This document shows positions 6,141 to 6,142 of a DNA stretch of 6,142 nucleotides, in pieces. The position numbers were made by a program, and so were the translations under genes. Each line of letters opens with the position of its first letter. Within the stretch, counting starts at the first letter, position 1. The notes below the pieces were generated by a model that worked only from the letters and a program-made list of their open reading frames with translations, was not told the origin of the DNA and did no database searches. The stretch is from Zygophlyctis sp. KS116 (lineage: Eukaryota; Fungi; Chytridiomycota). Location of the stretch: positions 1 to 6,142 of the forward strand of contig BAAFSQ010000452.1 in assembly GCA_054661495.1 (NCBI GenBank), given 5' to 3'.

Positions 6141-6142
6141 CT

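Overview
This AT-rich eukaryotic window is almost entirely a pile of four decayed transposable elements. (1) A PIF/Harbinger DNA transposon: a minus-strand DDE transposase (453-1450) with an internal deletion, and a convergent plus-strand accessory ORF running off the left edge. (2) A near full-length CryptonF-type tyrosine-recombinase gene with a C-terminal GCR1_C-like domain (minus, ~1765-4155). (3) The 3' end of a Ty3/Gypsy chromovirus (integrase, GPF motif, chromodomain, PPT and a very short 3' LTR; minus, 4386-~5340). (4) A Ty1/Copia RT-RNase H fragment (plus, ~5345-5829) fused head-to-head with the Gypsy fragment. A probable 3' end of an unidentified gene enters from the right edge. The most striking signal, invisible in the ORF track, is a set of 12 predicted GT-AG introns, all 27-31 nt long. 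Splicing them out joins the ORF fragments into recognisable Crypton and Harbinger proteins, which points to a tiny-intron host, possibly an early-diverging fungal relative. All protein family calls come from hand translation and motif recognition, not database searches.
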